Below are positions 11,162 to 25,327 of a stretch of 64,000 bases of DNA, in pieces. The stretch's first letter is position 1, and each line of letters opens with the position of its first letter. The stretch is from Octopus sinensis (taxonomy: Eukaryota). The notes beneath the pieces were generated by a model. That model did no database searches. It had not been told where the DNA came from and saw nothing but the letters and a program-made list of their open reading frames with translations. Where the stretch lies: the NCBI RefSeq assembly GCF_006345805.1, contig NC_043001.1, positions 104,718,001 through 104,782,000 on the forward strand, written 5' to 3'. The position numbers were made by a program, and so were the translations under genes.

Positions 11162-14109
11162 ATGCTCCTACTGAACATCAGAGGACTACTAACACACAGT
11201 AACAGGACAAAAGTCCCGTTCCTGAGAGACTTGTCGCATGCAATCAAGCCTTATGCATAGCACTCACAGAAACGCATCTCAACCGGACATAGCAGATGCG
11301 GAATTACACATACCACAGTATGTTGTACTACGGACCGACAGGAAAGAAAGAAGTCATGGAGGAGTTGCTATGTACATCCGTGGGGACCTCACACCCCAGG
11401 TCCTTTTGTCATACTCAAACTCGGTGTGTGACACACTAATTGTACACATAAGGCAACTGATGTAGTGTGTGTGCTACATATCGCCCTCCGATGCCCCAAG
11501 TCATATGGGCAAGTTTGAGGACTGCCTTTTAAAAATAGAAGAAGTTCTAACCACATTAGAACAAACATAAGTGTACTTCTCATGGGAGACTTCAATCTAC
11601 CGAATGTCAGATGGCCCGAGGGCCTTTCTCTCCCAGGAATGACAAGATGTGAACGAGGACAGGCGAGGTCCCTCTGAAACTCACCAACACCCTGTACATG
11701 GAGCAAGTAATACTCCAACCAACCAGAGCGGGTAACACACTGGATCTCTGCTTCACAAATAATATGGATCTCATCCATAATGTGAAAGTGACACCGACAC
11801 TACTTCGGATCACAACATGGTAGAGCTGACCATGTACGGGCAAAAGAGAGCACGGACATGCAGCCTACAAGAAACCCTCAGAGTCTTTCCAGCTTGAACT
11901 TCAATAAGGCAAACTGGAAACAAATTGAGAAAGAGATCCTCAAACAAAACTGGCCTGAATGTCTCTCCTCGCCGGACATCGACATGATACTTCAACAATT
12001 CATGTCTGTAATGCAAGCCATATGCTGCAGATGTGTCCCAGAGAGAAAGGCCACTGTACACAGGAACAAATCCCCAGAGAGAGAAAAATTTTAATGAGAC
12101 GGCGCACAAAAATCTCAAATCGCCTAAACAAACAAATTGAAAGCAGTGAAAAGTCCCGCCTGAAAATAAAAATGTTGGAAATTGAAAATGGTCTGCAACT
12201 CTCCCATGAGAAGGAAAGAGCAGACAAAGAAGCCTGGGCTATAGACAACATAAAAACTAACCCCAGAGCTTTCTACAGGTATGCCAAAGAAACAGCTACG
12301 GTGCACTGTAGGATAGGGCCACTCCTTGAAAAGGATGGCACACTCACAGGAAAACCAATGAGGGTAAGTGAAATACTGAATGAACAATTCAAGAGTGTTT
12401 TCACTCCACCCCTTGGGCATTTCCAAATCAATCAGCAATCCAACTGACTTTTTTACCACTGCAGATATAGAATCAGAGGCGGCGACGTTAAATTACATCG
12501 ATATAAAGGAAGATGATGTAATAAAGGCTATAGATGAAATGAAAATAGACTCAGCTATGGCCCGATGGATTCCCGGCAATCCTCCTAAAAGTATGTAAGA
12601 GAGTCTTAGCAAGACCACTGCAGTTCCTCTTTCAGAGCTTCCTTGCAGCTGGCAAACTTCCAAGAAAACTGAAGGAAGGTAAAATATGCCCTATTCATAA
12701 AGGAGGTAGCAGAGCGGAGGCCAAGAACTACAGACCTATCTCTCTGACCTCAACACATCAGCAAGGTCATGGAACGAATAGTCAGAAGGAAACTAATCTC
12801 CTTCCTTGAAGAAAATGACTTGCTGCCTGACACCCAACATGGTTTCCGACCAGGAAGAAGCTGCTTAACTCAGCTCCTGCAGCACTATGACTGGGTGCTG
12901 AAACAACTGCTCAACCACTCAAATGTGGAAGTCATATATCTCGACTTCGCAAAGGCCTTCGATAAAGTCGATCATGGAATGATATGTCACAAACTGCGTG
13001 ATCTTGGCATAGTTGGAAAACTAGGAGAATGGCTTCACGACTTTCTGAAGAATAGAAGTCAGGTGGTAGTAGCCAATGGGGCCACTTCCATTAGCACGCA
13101 AATAGTGAGCGGTGTTCCACAGGGCACTGTTTTGGGACCACTACTGTTCATAATGGCCCTCTCAGACATGCCCTCAGCCACGCGGAGAGCCACGATCACA
13201 AGTTATGCAGATGATACAAAAGTTTCACAGGCAATACAGAACCCTGAAGACACTAGGCACCTGCAATATGAGCTGGACGAAATTTACCAGTGGGCTGAAA
13301 AGAATAGCATGCAGTTCAATGCTGAAAAGTTTCAAGCTTTATACTATCAGCATGCAAAACTGAATGCAATACCCAGGAATACACTGGACCCGGAGGGATG
13401 CAATCCCAGAGGCACAATCAGTGCGTGACCTGGGTATTCACATGAGTGATGACGCGACCTTTCATGTACATGTTGCTAAACTGACAGTGAAATGCAGACG
13501 CCTGGCTGGATGGATTCTAGAACCTTAGAAAGAGAACAACAAGAAACCATGATGGTCCTCTGGAAGACACTTGTCCTAAGTCACTTTGACTATTGCTCTC
13601 AGCTATGGTCACCATCCAGTGTCAGTTGATCACAGAACTTGAGGCGATCCACGAAGCTACACGAAGAAGATAGCCTCTATGCAGAATGTAAGCTACTGGG
13701 AAAGACTCAAGAGATTAAAATTATATTCCCTGGAGCGTAGGCGGAAAGATATGCCATAATATACATCTGGAAGATCCTGGAGGGAAGTGTCCTGAACTTT
13801 GGCATCGAGAGTTACGCAAACGCCAGAACTGGGCGCCACTGCGTGGTGCCTAGGACTCCAAACTTGCCATCAAGATGTAGGACAAGATTCTGTGATAGCC
13901 TGGGCTTCCGAGGCCCACAGCTCTTCAATATCCTCCCGATGAACCTGAGAGACCTGCATGGGGTGGATACAGATGTCTTTAAAATGGAGCTGGATCTCTT
14001 CCTGTCAGGTGTCCCAGATGAACCAACTTCACGGCAGGAGGGGCAGATGAGGGCAGCTGCATCGAACTCTCTCATGCACCAAATAGCAGTTGCTAGAAAG
14101 CCTCCATGA
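11162..14109 (+). pseudogene. LINE ORF2 (APE endonuclease plus reverse transcriptase), multiple frameshifts
   Basis: MLLLNIRGL, RTDRKERSHGGVAMYI, MGDFNLP, QHGFRPGRSC, YLDFAKAFDKVDH, GVPQGTVLGP, YADD. Confidence 0.92.
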
Positions 14110-14193
14110 AGTGAAACCAAGTAGCAACACCAAATGGCGGTGCCCCAGCATGGCCACAGCTCATGAGCTGAAACTGGAATCAATCAATCAATC

Positions 14194-14565
14194 ATACACA
14201 TATATACATATAGATATATACATACATGCACATATATACATACACATACATATATACATACACATATATACATACACATACATATATATACACATATATA
14301 CATACACATATATATATATACACATATACATACACATATATATATATACACATATACATACATATATATATATATATACACATATACATACACATATATA
14401 TATATATACATAATATATAACATACATATATAATATATATATACAACACATATATACATACACATACTACATACATACAAATACATTATATATACATATT
14501 ATATATATACATACAAATACACATATATACATACACATACATACATACACATACATACATACATG

Positions 14566-14596
<31 letters not shown>

Positions 14597-15590
14597 ACAC
14601 ATATACATACACACATATATACATACACGCACATATATATATATATATATATACATACATATATATATATATATATAAATAACATACATATATATATATA
14701 TGTATACACACACACATATATATATATATATAAAGATGAAATTAAGGGATATAATACCCATTATCTGGCAATTCCTCCCCCTTTAATCTATCATGTACGA
14801 TTGTCTTTTAAATCCATCTCTAATTAAGTGTGTCTTCGTATGTGTCCATTTATGCACACTGTTCTAAATATGTGCTTAGGAGAGTTTAATTAGTGTGTAT
14901 ATCTGTACTCGTATCTACCCATTTATAAGTGTATACATATATGTGTATACACGAATAACTATATATTTCTGTATATGCATGTAAGTGCTTGTATATACGT
15001 ATTGATATATAATTATATATATACATGAGTATATATATATATGGATATGTATATTTATGTATATATGTGTGTATATATCTATGTGTGCGCATTTGTGCAT
15101 GTATGTATATATATGTGTGTGTTTATGGGCATGTGTAAATGTATGAATATATATGTGTGTGTATATATATATACATACATGTGTATGTGTCTGTGTGTGT
15201 ATATGTATGTGTACGTTTATCTAGGCGTGTATGTATATATATCTGTATATGTATGGATGTGTACATATATATGCGTGTATATGCATTTATATGTATATAT
15301 TTGTATGTGAATCTATATGTATATAAATGTATATATATGAAATGTATTTGTATATATATCTGGATGTGAGTGTATCCATATGTATGTATATATGTATGTA
15401 TATATGCATGCATGTATGTGTGTTCTTATATATATATGGTTGTATATATGTGTATGTATGTGTACGTACGTATGTGTGTACATGTATGCGTGTGTGTGTG
15501 TATATGTGTATATATGTATATATATATGTGTGTATGTATATATGTGTGTGTGTATGTATGTATATGTGTGTGTGTGAGCGTGTGTGTGTG
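14194..15590. repeat. Degenerate (TA/CA/TG)n microsatellite field
   Basis: Direct inspection. Confidence 0.9.
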
Positions 15591-15719
15591 TAGATAAGTG
15601 TATATTTGAATTTTTTCATCTACAACAGATTTAATACAAGCAAAGACTCAGAAACTAGTCACTGGGTTCTGCTGGTTTAGCCGGGTGGAAGTGCTTGTCT
15701 CCCACTTGTAAATATAAAG

Positions 15720-15914
15720 ACGGGTGGCACGTAAAAAGCACCCACTACACTCACGGAGTGGTTGGTGTTAGGAAGCGCATCCAGCTGTAGAAACATTGCC
15801 AGATAAGACTGGAGCCTGGTGCAGCCTTCTGGCTTCCCAGATCCCCGGTCGAACCGTCCAACCCATGCTAGCATGGAGAACGGACGTTAAACGATGATGA
15901 TGATGATGATGATG
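15720..15914 (+). mobile_element. SINE 3' part with RTE-like segment and (GAT)n tail
   Basis: ggcacgtaaaaagcaccc...ggttggtgttaggaagcgcatccagctgtagaaac...cggacgttaaac(gat)n; family assignment from memory of RTE-related sequences. Confidence 0.55.
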
Positions 15915-16647
15915 AAATTGTCAAGGCGGACAGGAAGCGGTGCTGCTGTGCCTAGGGCTAAATAACAGTAGCATTCTTCCCTCTCATGGGACTGTCACAT
16001 TAAGTTGACAGCCTGCATCTACTTCATCGTATCACTACTGTATAAATCTCTCTAAGAGATTTAGAAATGTATTATTTCTATCTCAATCGTTATAATAATT
16101 CAATTAGAAAATTAATTATAAGTGGACCAATTCTGAATTGCTTCATTTTAGTGCATATTCTTGTAGTTACTGTTAAATTTATCATTATATTAGTATCTAA
16201 TATTAATTACATATCACAAATAAGATGTCTTCATTATACTAAACGAACGGGTGTACAAATACACTTATTCCATTTATTACTTAATTGATAATAATTATAA
16301 TAATAATAAAAAGTAGTTTCATTTGACTTACTAAATAAATTTAATAACCAAAATTATAATTATTATAGTATTGTATAGTTTATTAAAATGTATTCTTATT
16401 ACAACAGTATTGTTTGTTTCTTCTGAAAATATTGATAGAGTTTGGATATACACCATATATGGTCCCTCATTTTGTAAATGATAATATAGGTTAGTTCATC
16501 GAGAACAGTCCTTGTTTGGTTTATATTAATGATTTCTGTCGATTCACTAAATTCTCCTTTCCATAAAATACGAATGACAACCATTGTTTAAGTAACTTCA
16601 AATCTGGTTACCTCTAAAGAATTAGTAAATTTTATTTCCATTACTAT

Positions 16648-17037
16648 GGGAGTGGCTGTGTGGTAAGTAGCTTGCTAACCAACCACATTGTTCCGGGTTC
16701 AGTCCCACTGCGTGGCATCTTGGGCAAGTGTCTTCTGCTATAGCCCCGGGCCGACTAATGCCTTGTGAGTGGATTTGGTAGACGGAAACTGAAAGAAGCA
16801 TGTCGTATATATGTATGTGTGTGTTTGTGTCTGTGTTTGTCCCCCTAGCATTGCTTGACAACCGATGCTGGTGTGTTTACGTCCCCGTCACCTAGCGGTT
16901 CGGCAAAAGAGACCGATAGAATAAGTACTGGGCTTACAAAGAATAAGTCCCGGGGTCGATTTGCTCGACTAAAGGCGATGCTCCTGCATGGCCGCAGTCA
17001 AATGACTGAAACAAGTAAAAGAGTAAAGAGTAGAGAG
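16648..17037 (+). mobile_element. Full-length tRNA-derived CORE-type SINE (OR2-like)
   Basis: A-box-like tggctgtgtggtaag, B-box-like gggttcagtccc, CORE-like cttgggcaagtg, LINE-like tail. Confidence 0.85.
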
Positions 17038-17955
17038 TACTATAGCCTAAATATATATCTATGGAGTATTTTGGTTATCGCATTTACAGCCTTAACTCTA
17101 TATTAACGCTTATTACGGAATTCTCCCTACGATAAATTAAATAAACAAGGAAAAAATTCTTATTGGGTTTCAATTCATATCTACTACGGTATTATCCCTC
17201 TGGGAAAATAATAAACATAGAAGATTATTATTAGTTAATTTCTGATATCAATTAATTTAAATAAATAAGAGTTGCATTGAAGATGTAATTGTTTATATAT
17301 TTTTTGTTGCAGTTATACTACATAGGGGAAGACTTAGATAGTTATATCTATATATATCTATATATATATATATATATATCTATATCTACACGTACATATC
17401 TTATTGTTGTATGTTGTGGTGACAAGGGACTATCTTGGACATGAAAGAGTTTCCATTGGTATGTGTTTGAAATGTAATGAAGTGAATTTCGATGGTTGTG
17501 GATTGCACTTACTTGGTTGTATCTTCCGTTAAAGTGTTTTTATTGTTTTACAATTATTATTGATGTATGATTGAATAGTTAACGCTCACGCTCATAATAC
17601 ATAGACATTTGAAATCATTTTTACAACCTAGCCGTCCTTTCACACGGAATTTCGTCTATCTTTAAACCATGACTCTGAAGTGACTTATATATATAAAGGG
17701 AACTGTTATTGCGTATATATATCAGAAAATGTATAAAAGTCGAAGCAATTTGTTGGCCTTTTATGTTCTTTTTAAATAATTGTTTATGTTATATGATATC
17801 ATGTCATATTATATTCACAGAATATCATGTAATATTATAAATAAATTATTGGATTGTCAATATATATATATGTTGCATACAAATTAAGAAAAATGAGCAC
17901 CAAAGTGGATTCCTTGTATGCTAGAATAACTATTGCTTAACCATTTTCTCACACC

Positions 17956-18011
17956 GTCTCCGATGAAGGGAGATATATATATAAATAATATCCCGGAAAC
18001 AGCTGTAAGAC
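17956..18011 (+). ncRNA. Minimal hammerhead motif (family C), inside an inverted-repeat unit ~17872-18350
   Basis: GTCT-CCGATGA-AGGG..(TA)n..CCCG-GAAAC-AGCT-GTA-AGAC. Confidence 0.7.
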
Positions 18012-18865
18012 ATTCTCCTTATAAATGTTCTGAAATCTTTCACAGACGTCAAATCGCCTTACCTCGGGTGAGCGTTCTGTGCCTAAGTCTGGAAATTGTG
18101 TTTTGTAAGCGACAGACTACGCTGTTGAGCTTGCAGATATTTACACTCGTAAATATTAACAAACGAAACCATGGTACATAGGTAATCGTTTTTTTTTCGT
18201 ATATTTTCATTTCTCTTGCACATTTTTACATTCTGGCGTTTGCTGAAATTTTTCTTGAGAACACATTCTTCGTGGTAAGGCGATTTGACGTCTATCTTTA
18301 GCATATTAGGAATCCACTTTGGTGGTCATACCTCTTAATTTGTATGTAATATAATTTTTAATCTTCGGATTTCTTAAATATGCCAAGCCACTGGTTTTAA
18401 TTGATTAATTTCAGTTTCTACCCTTATTATTTAATATATATATTGTCTTGTTATTTTCCTTGTCCTGTTTTTTACTGCTTATCTTTTGTACTGTCGTTAC
18501 TGTCCTGTTTTTGTTACCATTTTTACCCCTCTGCAAAAAGATCTCAAATTTTATTTGATTTGCTTTTCGCAGGAAGGAAAGTTTCTATCGAAGATACGTC
18601 TCGCCTTCACCTTCGAAACGTAGAGTAGATGAAACCATGGCGACTGAAGAAGGGGTTTTTCCTTGTGTTATTTGTCCTGTACTCTATTTTTGTTGTTGTT
18701 TAAGAAAAATGTTCAGTTCCTTGTGTTTGTGTCTATGTTTTCGTTTCTCATTGTGTTCGACGTTTTTTGGTGTCCTGTACTCATATATGCGTGTATATAT
18801 ACATGTAGAGGTAGGTACGTACATATATGTATTATATATATGCATATGTTTCATTTATTAATATA

Positions 18866-18908
<43 letters not shown>

Positions 18909-19185
18909 TATGTTTCATTTATTAATATATTATATATATATATGCATATGTTTCATTTATTAATATATTATATATTATATGTATATATATATATATATAT
19001 ATATGCATATGTTTCATTTATTAATATATTATATGTATATATATATATATATATATGGCATATGTTTCATTTATTAATATATATTGTATATATATATATT
19101 AATATGCATATGTTTCATTTATTAATATATTATGTGTATATATATCTAATATATGCATATGTTTCATTTATTAATATATTATGTG

Positions 19186-19228
<43 letters not shown>

Positions 19229-19658
19229 ATAATCTGGGTAATAACCGTTCCTTACTTTAAACGTCCCGCTGGCCACTTTATTATTACCTTATAAATAACG
19301 GTAAATACGTCTTTAATTTAAACTTATTCTTGCTCACGATAGTTTTCTTTTAACGGAGCAGGACGTTTAAAGTAAGGATCGCACACGAGCTAATGTTGTG
19401 AATATTTTAATAATAGATGTTAAAATATTATTTTCAACTGAAGATCCCGTAGTATGTTGGTCATACAGAGGGTGAAATCAATTGGTATCCAAATATACGT
19501 TACTTACTGATGTATTCAACGCAAAGGTAAGCCTGTTTCTCATATGTTCCTTGCATTGCTCATGTGTGTCTTTGTTGTGAGTTTAAGGTGCTTTTTGGAC
19601 CCTTGGCTCTGATCTTGCAAGTGGTATTATATACCCTACTGTATCTCTTTCTTTCTTC

Positions 19659-19693
<35 letters not shown>

Positions 19694-20439
19694 GTGACAC
19701 GTTCACTTAACTGTATCAGCTTTAACTTACGGCGCCAAAAATACTGTTACATGACAATAACGCACAGATGTTGTGAGTCATTTATACAAAAATTTCATCT
19801 GATCATCCTCTGCAAATCAAATTGTATTCTCAGCAGATACTAACTTGTGCTATGATCTCTCTACAAAAAGAAGAAAATTTTAAAACTCCAGTAAGAAGTA
19901 AGACCATTGCGGCATAGCCCAACGTCTTTCTATTTTAACCTTTGAAAATCAGAAAAATCTGTGAAAACGGTTATGACTTCAAAAATAAAACATCTAAAAG
20001 ACTCCAAGTGCATTTTCAACTCCTTTTTTTCTTATATATATACACACAATTGCCATAGCATGGCCACAGCTTCGAGCTGAAACTAATAAAAAGTAAAACA
20101 TGTATATATTTCGTTTTTGTATTTAGTTTGCAAGATTCTTTATGTGAATTTGTGTTGAAGCATATTTTGTTGTGTCTGGGGAAAGTCATTCTGTTTTAAT
20201 CAATTAACACACTCACCGGTCCAATTTCCATTCATTTACTTATCTCTTTAATTTTTTCCTAAAATCTTCGTGGCTTCTTGAAACCTCTTCAATATCGAAG
20301 AGATTGCAAGAAACAACGAAAATTTTGTGAAATAAGTAAATGAATGGAAATTGAAACGGTGAGTGTGTTAATAAGGCGTTAAAACAGAATAATTGTCCCC
20401 AGACACAACAATATATATATATACATAAACAAAGTAATA

Positions 20440-21024
20440 GAATGAGATAAAAATCCAAGGCTGTGAAAGATTTCAGAACATTTATAAGGAGAATGTCTTA
20501 TAGCTGTTTCCGGGATATTATAATATATATATATATTATATATATCCCTTCATCGGAGACGGTGTGAGAAAATGGTTAAGCAATAGTTATTCTAGATAAG
20601 ATATGAAATAGAGAGTGGAGTGGAGGAATGAAAATAGACGTGAGATACGCAGGGATATTGTATCTGCAGTTCCATTATTTGGGCAGGATGGTATACATAT
20701 AAGATTCCTGTACCTTGTAAGTTCCAATGGTATTTAAAATTGGTCGGTGGAATTTACTCACAAGGTCCAGGAATCTTATATGTATACAATCCTGCCCAAA
20801 TAATGGAACTGCAGATACAATATCCATGCATATCTCACGTCTATTTTCATTCCTCCACTCCACTCTCTATTTCATATCTTATCTAGACTAACTATTGCTT
20901 AACCATTTTCTCACACCGTCTCCGATGAAGGGATATATATATATATATATATAATATCCCGGAAACAGCTGTAAGACATTCTCCTTATAAAATTTTTCAC
21001 AGCTTTGGATTTTTATCTCATTCT
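20440..21024. repeat. Large fold-back (~270-bp arms), each arm carrying a family-C hammerhead (minus 20495-20560, plus 20918-20977)
   Basis: 20440-20710 is reverse complementary to 20768-21024. Confidence 0.9.
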
Positions 21025-21289
21025 GTTAATTTTTTTATATATACGCATGCTGATATATGACCTACGTTGGACTCCTCATTCGCATAATCACCGAACGTGG
21101 AGCTTAACTAGAGTCTTCCATAGCACTTACTCAGCATTACCTGACACCTTTGGGTCTTATTGACACCATTACGTCTCATAACCTCAATACATACATACAT
21201 ACATACATACATACATACATACATACATACCAATATTAATAGTATGACAAAAGAATGAATGAGACCTCAATATTATGTAAATAAGGAAT

Positions 21290-21580
21290 TTATCTGTAAT
21301 ATATGTGACAATTATTCGGCTGCCATGATAAAAGTCCGAATTTCGGATGTCGTGACAGAAAACTGCTCCGGCATCTCGTCATTTATTAAGACACAAAAAT
21401 GCGCCTTTAAATATATATTGAAATATGTAAAAAAAATATATAAAAGATATATAGAGAAATAAAATGAATTTTTGTTTGTCTTAATAACTGACGAAATGCC
21501 AGAGCAGTTTTCCGCCCCGACATCCGAAACTCGGAGTTTTATTATGGCAATCGAATAATTGTCACATGTTATATTACAGA
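21290..21580. repeat. Fold-back unit with family-A hammerheads (plus 21482-21544 intact core; minus ~21322-21390 damaged)
   Basis: TAATAA-CTGACGA...GAAAC-TCGGA-GTT-TTATTA on plus; inverted degenerate copy to the left. Confidence 0.8.
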
Positions 21581-21691
21581 TATGCGTGTGTCAGTGTGCG
21601 CATTGTGTGTGTATGTGTTCACATGCACATACACACATGTATGTGAAACTGTTCTATACGAGACATTTTGGAAAACAAAACAAAGAAAAAT

Positions 21692-22116
21692 GGATCTTTT
21701 CGGTTTGAACGGCAGTTTTTTCTAGCGGTGTCATATGAAATTGTCACCCATAATTATGACCCTAGTATCGATCTATTACATTTCAATCTGTTTTAGGGTT
21801 AGGGTTAGGGGTGGGGAAAGGGTTTTTTTTTCCTTCAGAATGTAAATAAACCCAACCTGTTTCTTAACGAGGGACATATTCATACGGCACAGAATGTTTT
21901 TTTTTTACCTCAATAGACGTCAATTGATTGGTTGAAATTGCAGAAATTGAAGAAGAACAAAACAACAACAATATCTTACAATACAAAATAGAATTTTCTC
22001 AATAAAGCCAAGAGAAAAAGATGTTTTATAAACACATTCTACCAGTATACGAAGTTTAAAATTTTTTAGTTACCTAGAAATTATGTAAAAAACTGCCGTT
22101 CAAACCGAAAAGATCC
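21692..22116. mobile_element. MITE with ~29-bp terminal inverted repeats and internal TTAGGG repeats
   Basis: ggatcttttcggtttgaacggcagttttt ... aaaaactgccgttcaaaccgaaaagatcc. Confidence 0.85.
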
Positions 22117-22503
22117 CAAAAAATTAAGTTGATGTTAAGCATGCGTGATATTTGACATTATAGTGCGATAGGGCAGATTGGCAAATGTGCATATGAATAT
22201 TTTTAAGATGAAAATAGTTTTATTCACTGCTAATTTCTATTTATTAACAATCATTTGTACAAGTTTGGATCGTTATTAAAGTCATCAATCAGAAATTGTT
22301 CTGATATTCATTTCGATAAATAAAACTTTTCCAGTTCAGTTTGTCGTCCATGGCAACAGCATCTGCAAAACTGAGAGTTGAACACACACGTGAATTGCTG
22401 TTGTCACAATTTTTACGATTCTATATTTTTTTCACAATAACCAAGTCCGTCAGAATTTATTCAATTCTCCTTCACCGAAGTTTAGTGTGTGTTTTCATAT
22501 ATA

Positions 22504-22546
<43 letters not shown>

Positions 22547-22926
22547 CAAACCGTAGATATCTGGATATCTGATATATACATGCATATATTGGACAGCTCT
22601 CATGCACATTTGCACACTGAACACAATATATGTATATACATTTAGTATGTCTATATTATGTACATTTATGAAAACCTTTGCGTGTATATATATATATTAT
22701 ATATATATATATATATAGCTTATGAAGTCCCCTGTGTTCGTAACGCGCGCAGTGTGTGTGTGTGTGTGTGTGTATGTTTGAGTAATGCATGTGATGTATA
22801 GGCATATATATTATATATGATTTAAATATATATGAGTAAAATATATACATACCGGTCTTCAAGACTATCAGTGTGTGTGTGTGTGTGTACGTGCGTGCGC
22901 GCAATCGTGTGTGGTTATATGTGTGC

Positions 22927-22971
<45 letters not shown>

Positions 22972-23069
22972 CTGCAGAGGCACACAGATATCCAGGTGTA
23001 GTCTAAGAGTTTTGTTTTTGAAAATGATTTTTTTGTCTTTTAGTTTCTCGGCTTTTGTCACCATCGATT

Positions 23070-23427
23070 TCATTTAGGTGTCCCATCATTGCTGACTTTG
23101 CTTCTGTGGTCCCACCTATCTCGTCCTATACAGATGCCATCGCCCCTCCACCAGTTCTCCAGGTCATCGTACCACGTGGGCTTGTACAAATCAGCAGCGT
23201 GTAACATGGTACAGAAACGACACCAGAAGAAAGTGTTTATAAATTCGCCCATTCCTTTCCACTTGAAGTAGGCATTGTATAGATTATTATTTTGGTCCAA
23301 TTTGTGGAGGTAAGCCGCTAGCTCTTTTGGCGATTTAAAGTCTTCCACATGGATGTATGAGTTTAGTGGTGCTATCTTGCGATAGTCATCGGGATGTGCG
23401 CCCATCACTATTGGAACGATATCATGT
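23070..23427 (-). CDS. FucTA: Terminal coding exon of a glycoprotein alpha-1,3-fucosyltransferase (GT10, FucTA-like)
   Basis: IVPIVMGAHPDDYRKIAPLNSYIHVEDFKSPKELAAYLHKLDQNNNLYNAYFKWKGMGEFINTFFWCRFC; pyrimidine tract plus ttgcag acceptor (AG at 23429-23428, phase 2); TGA at 23072-23070. Confidence 0.9.
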
Positions 23428-23970
23428 CTGCAATAAGAAAGAAAAAATAAAGGATAATTAAACACACACAAACACATGCATGCACACATATATATATATA
23501 TATATATATATACAATCAAAATAAGCAACAAAGATATCCAAAGGTAGTGTAGTACAATAGTTTCATGCTACTTTATTTAATTAAACAATGTAAGTATCAC
23601 ATCAGTTTTAAAATGTAGAGCACTCTTCAGCCACATAGGGAATTTTAAAAAATTAAATTGACAGTGTTCATTTTTATACTTAATTCCATTTGCCAACATT
23701 ACAAAGAGGGTAGGTATATAGACAGAGAGGTGAATTTCATCAGTAAAAACATGGTAGTAAAAGATTTCTTCATATATATATATATAAACATTGATTAGAG
23801 AACAAACATAAAATTCGAGTCAACGACTTTATATAACACCACGCTTCCGTACATTTGATCATATATAAATACTACCATGTCCTTTAACATATATAATTAC
23901 ATGTGAGCACTTCTTGCAGTCCTATAAACCCTTTTGTCTCCATAAAAAGAGGCAAAAATGATTTCTTGTG

Positions 23971-24015
<45 letters not shown>

Positions 24016-24929
24016 GTTTAATGGCGAATAGCGAAATCATACAAAACAGAAATATACACGCAAAAAGAAAATTTGACCGTTCACTTTTTCACTGCTTTCA
24101 ATTAAAAAGTGAAGACATATGACTCAAGAATATAAGTGTTTAAATATATCTCGACAGCTGTTTCGAAACGGCCGAAACTTACGAAATAACCCATATGCAC
24201 GATGTACATTATGTGATAGATGTGTGTCTTATGAGAAGCCCCACTGAGCTAGCTAAATTAAGTTAGGCGTCCATTCTCAAAGTGTTAAATGCATCATTTT
24301 AAGTAATACAAATATAAAACTTTACAGAGAGAAGAATGTAACGGGGAAGGGGTTGAGAGAGGTTGAGGGACATAGTTAAATAAAGGAAGTAGTTAGGGGA
24401 GACACAAGCTGAAGATATTACTTGACAAAGATCAGACTTAAAGAAGATAATGTTAAAAGTTGACCGAGAAAATATTGCTGTTAATTTAAAACTGTTGGTT
24501 GGGTGGACACGGTAGTAGTTTACGGGGAACATAAAGCAGTTAAGAGCAAGGGAGGCGAAGCATCGAGCAGCGTTGGAAATAAACGCTGTAGTATGAGAGT
24601 GAGGTGGGAAGTAGTAAAAGGAGAGGATACAGTGTGTGAAAGAGAATTCTAAGACTATGAAAAACTATAACGATTTTACATAGTGAGCAAAGGTCCTGTA
24701 AAATTTATAGATACAAGAAAAGAGAACGTCAGAAAATCGATTAAGTAAAGAGGTTTTGTTTTGGTGTAGCATAGAGGGCGACACTGGCAGCATTATTTAC
24801 AGACGCGATGGCTTAAATGGCCGAAACTTCGAAGTCATTGTCAATAATATTTTTGTTTAAGAATTATATATATATCAAGAACAAGCCACAAGCACACGAG
24901 GCCGGATTTTCGGATTCTGAGGTGTATAT

Positions 24930-25327
24930 AGCTTTCTAGTCTTGGTACAAGGCCCGAAATTTTCGGGGAGGGGATCAATCAATTAGATCGACTCCAGTAT
25001 ACAACTGCTTAATTTATCGACCCCGAAAGAGTGAAAGGCAAAGTCGACCTCGGCGGAATTTGAACTCAGAACGTAGCGGCAGGCGAAATACCTATTTCTT
25101 TACTACCCACAAGAGGCTAAACAGAGAGGGGACAAACAAGGACAAACATAGGTATTAAGTCGATTACATCAACCCCATTGCGTAACTGGTACTTAATTTA
25201 TCGACTCCGAAAGGATGAAAGACAAAGTCGCGACCTCAGCAGAATTTGAACTCAGAACGTAGCGGCAGACGAAATACCGCTAAGCATTTCGCCCGGCGTG
25301 CTAACGTTTCTGACAGCTCACCGCCTT
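24930..25327 (-). mobile_element. Nin-domain-like SINE with duplicated internal module
   Basis: Matches family head and core; core occurs twice. Confidence 0.8.

Larger units (their letters stand above)
10007..14193 (+). mobile_element. Near full-length, frameshifted CR1/L2-group non-LTR retrotransposon
   Basis: ORF1 remnants 10287-11050, APE and RT remnants 11162-14109, (AATC)n tail 14178-14193; 136-bp tandem repeat in the putative 5' UTR (10007-10266). Confidence 0.9.

Noticed and set aside
16648-16720. tRNA genes at SINE heads (also 26620-26690, 31993, 34591)
   Set aside because: No complete cloverleaf seen; each continues into a SINE body
23428-23531. N-terminal part of ORF 23070-23531
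   Set aside because: Intronic read-through upstream of the splice acceptor
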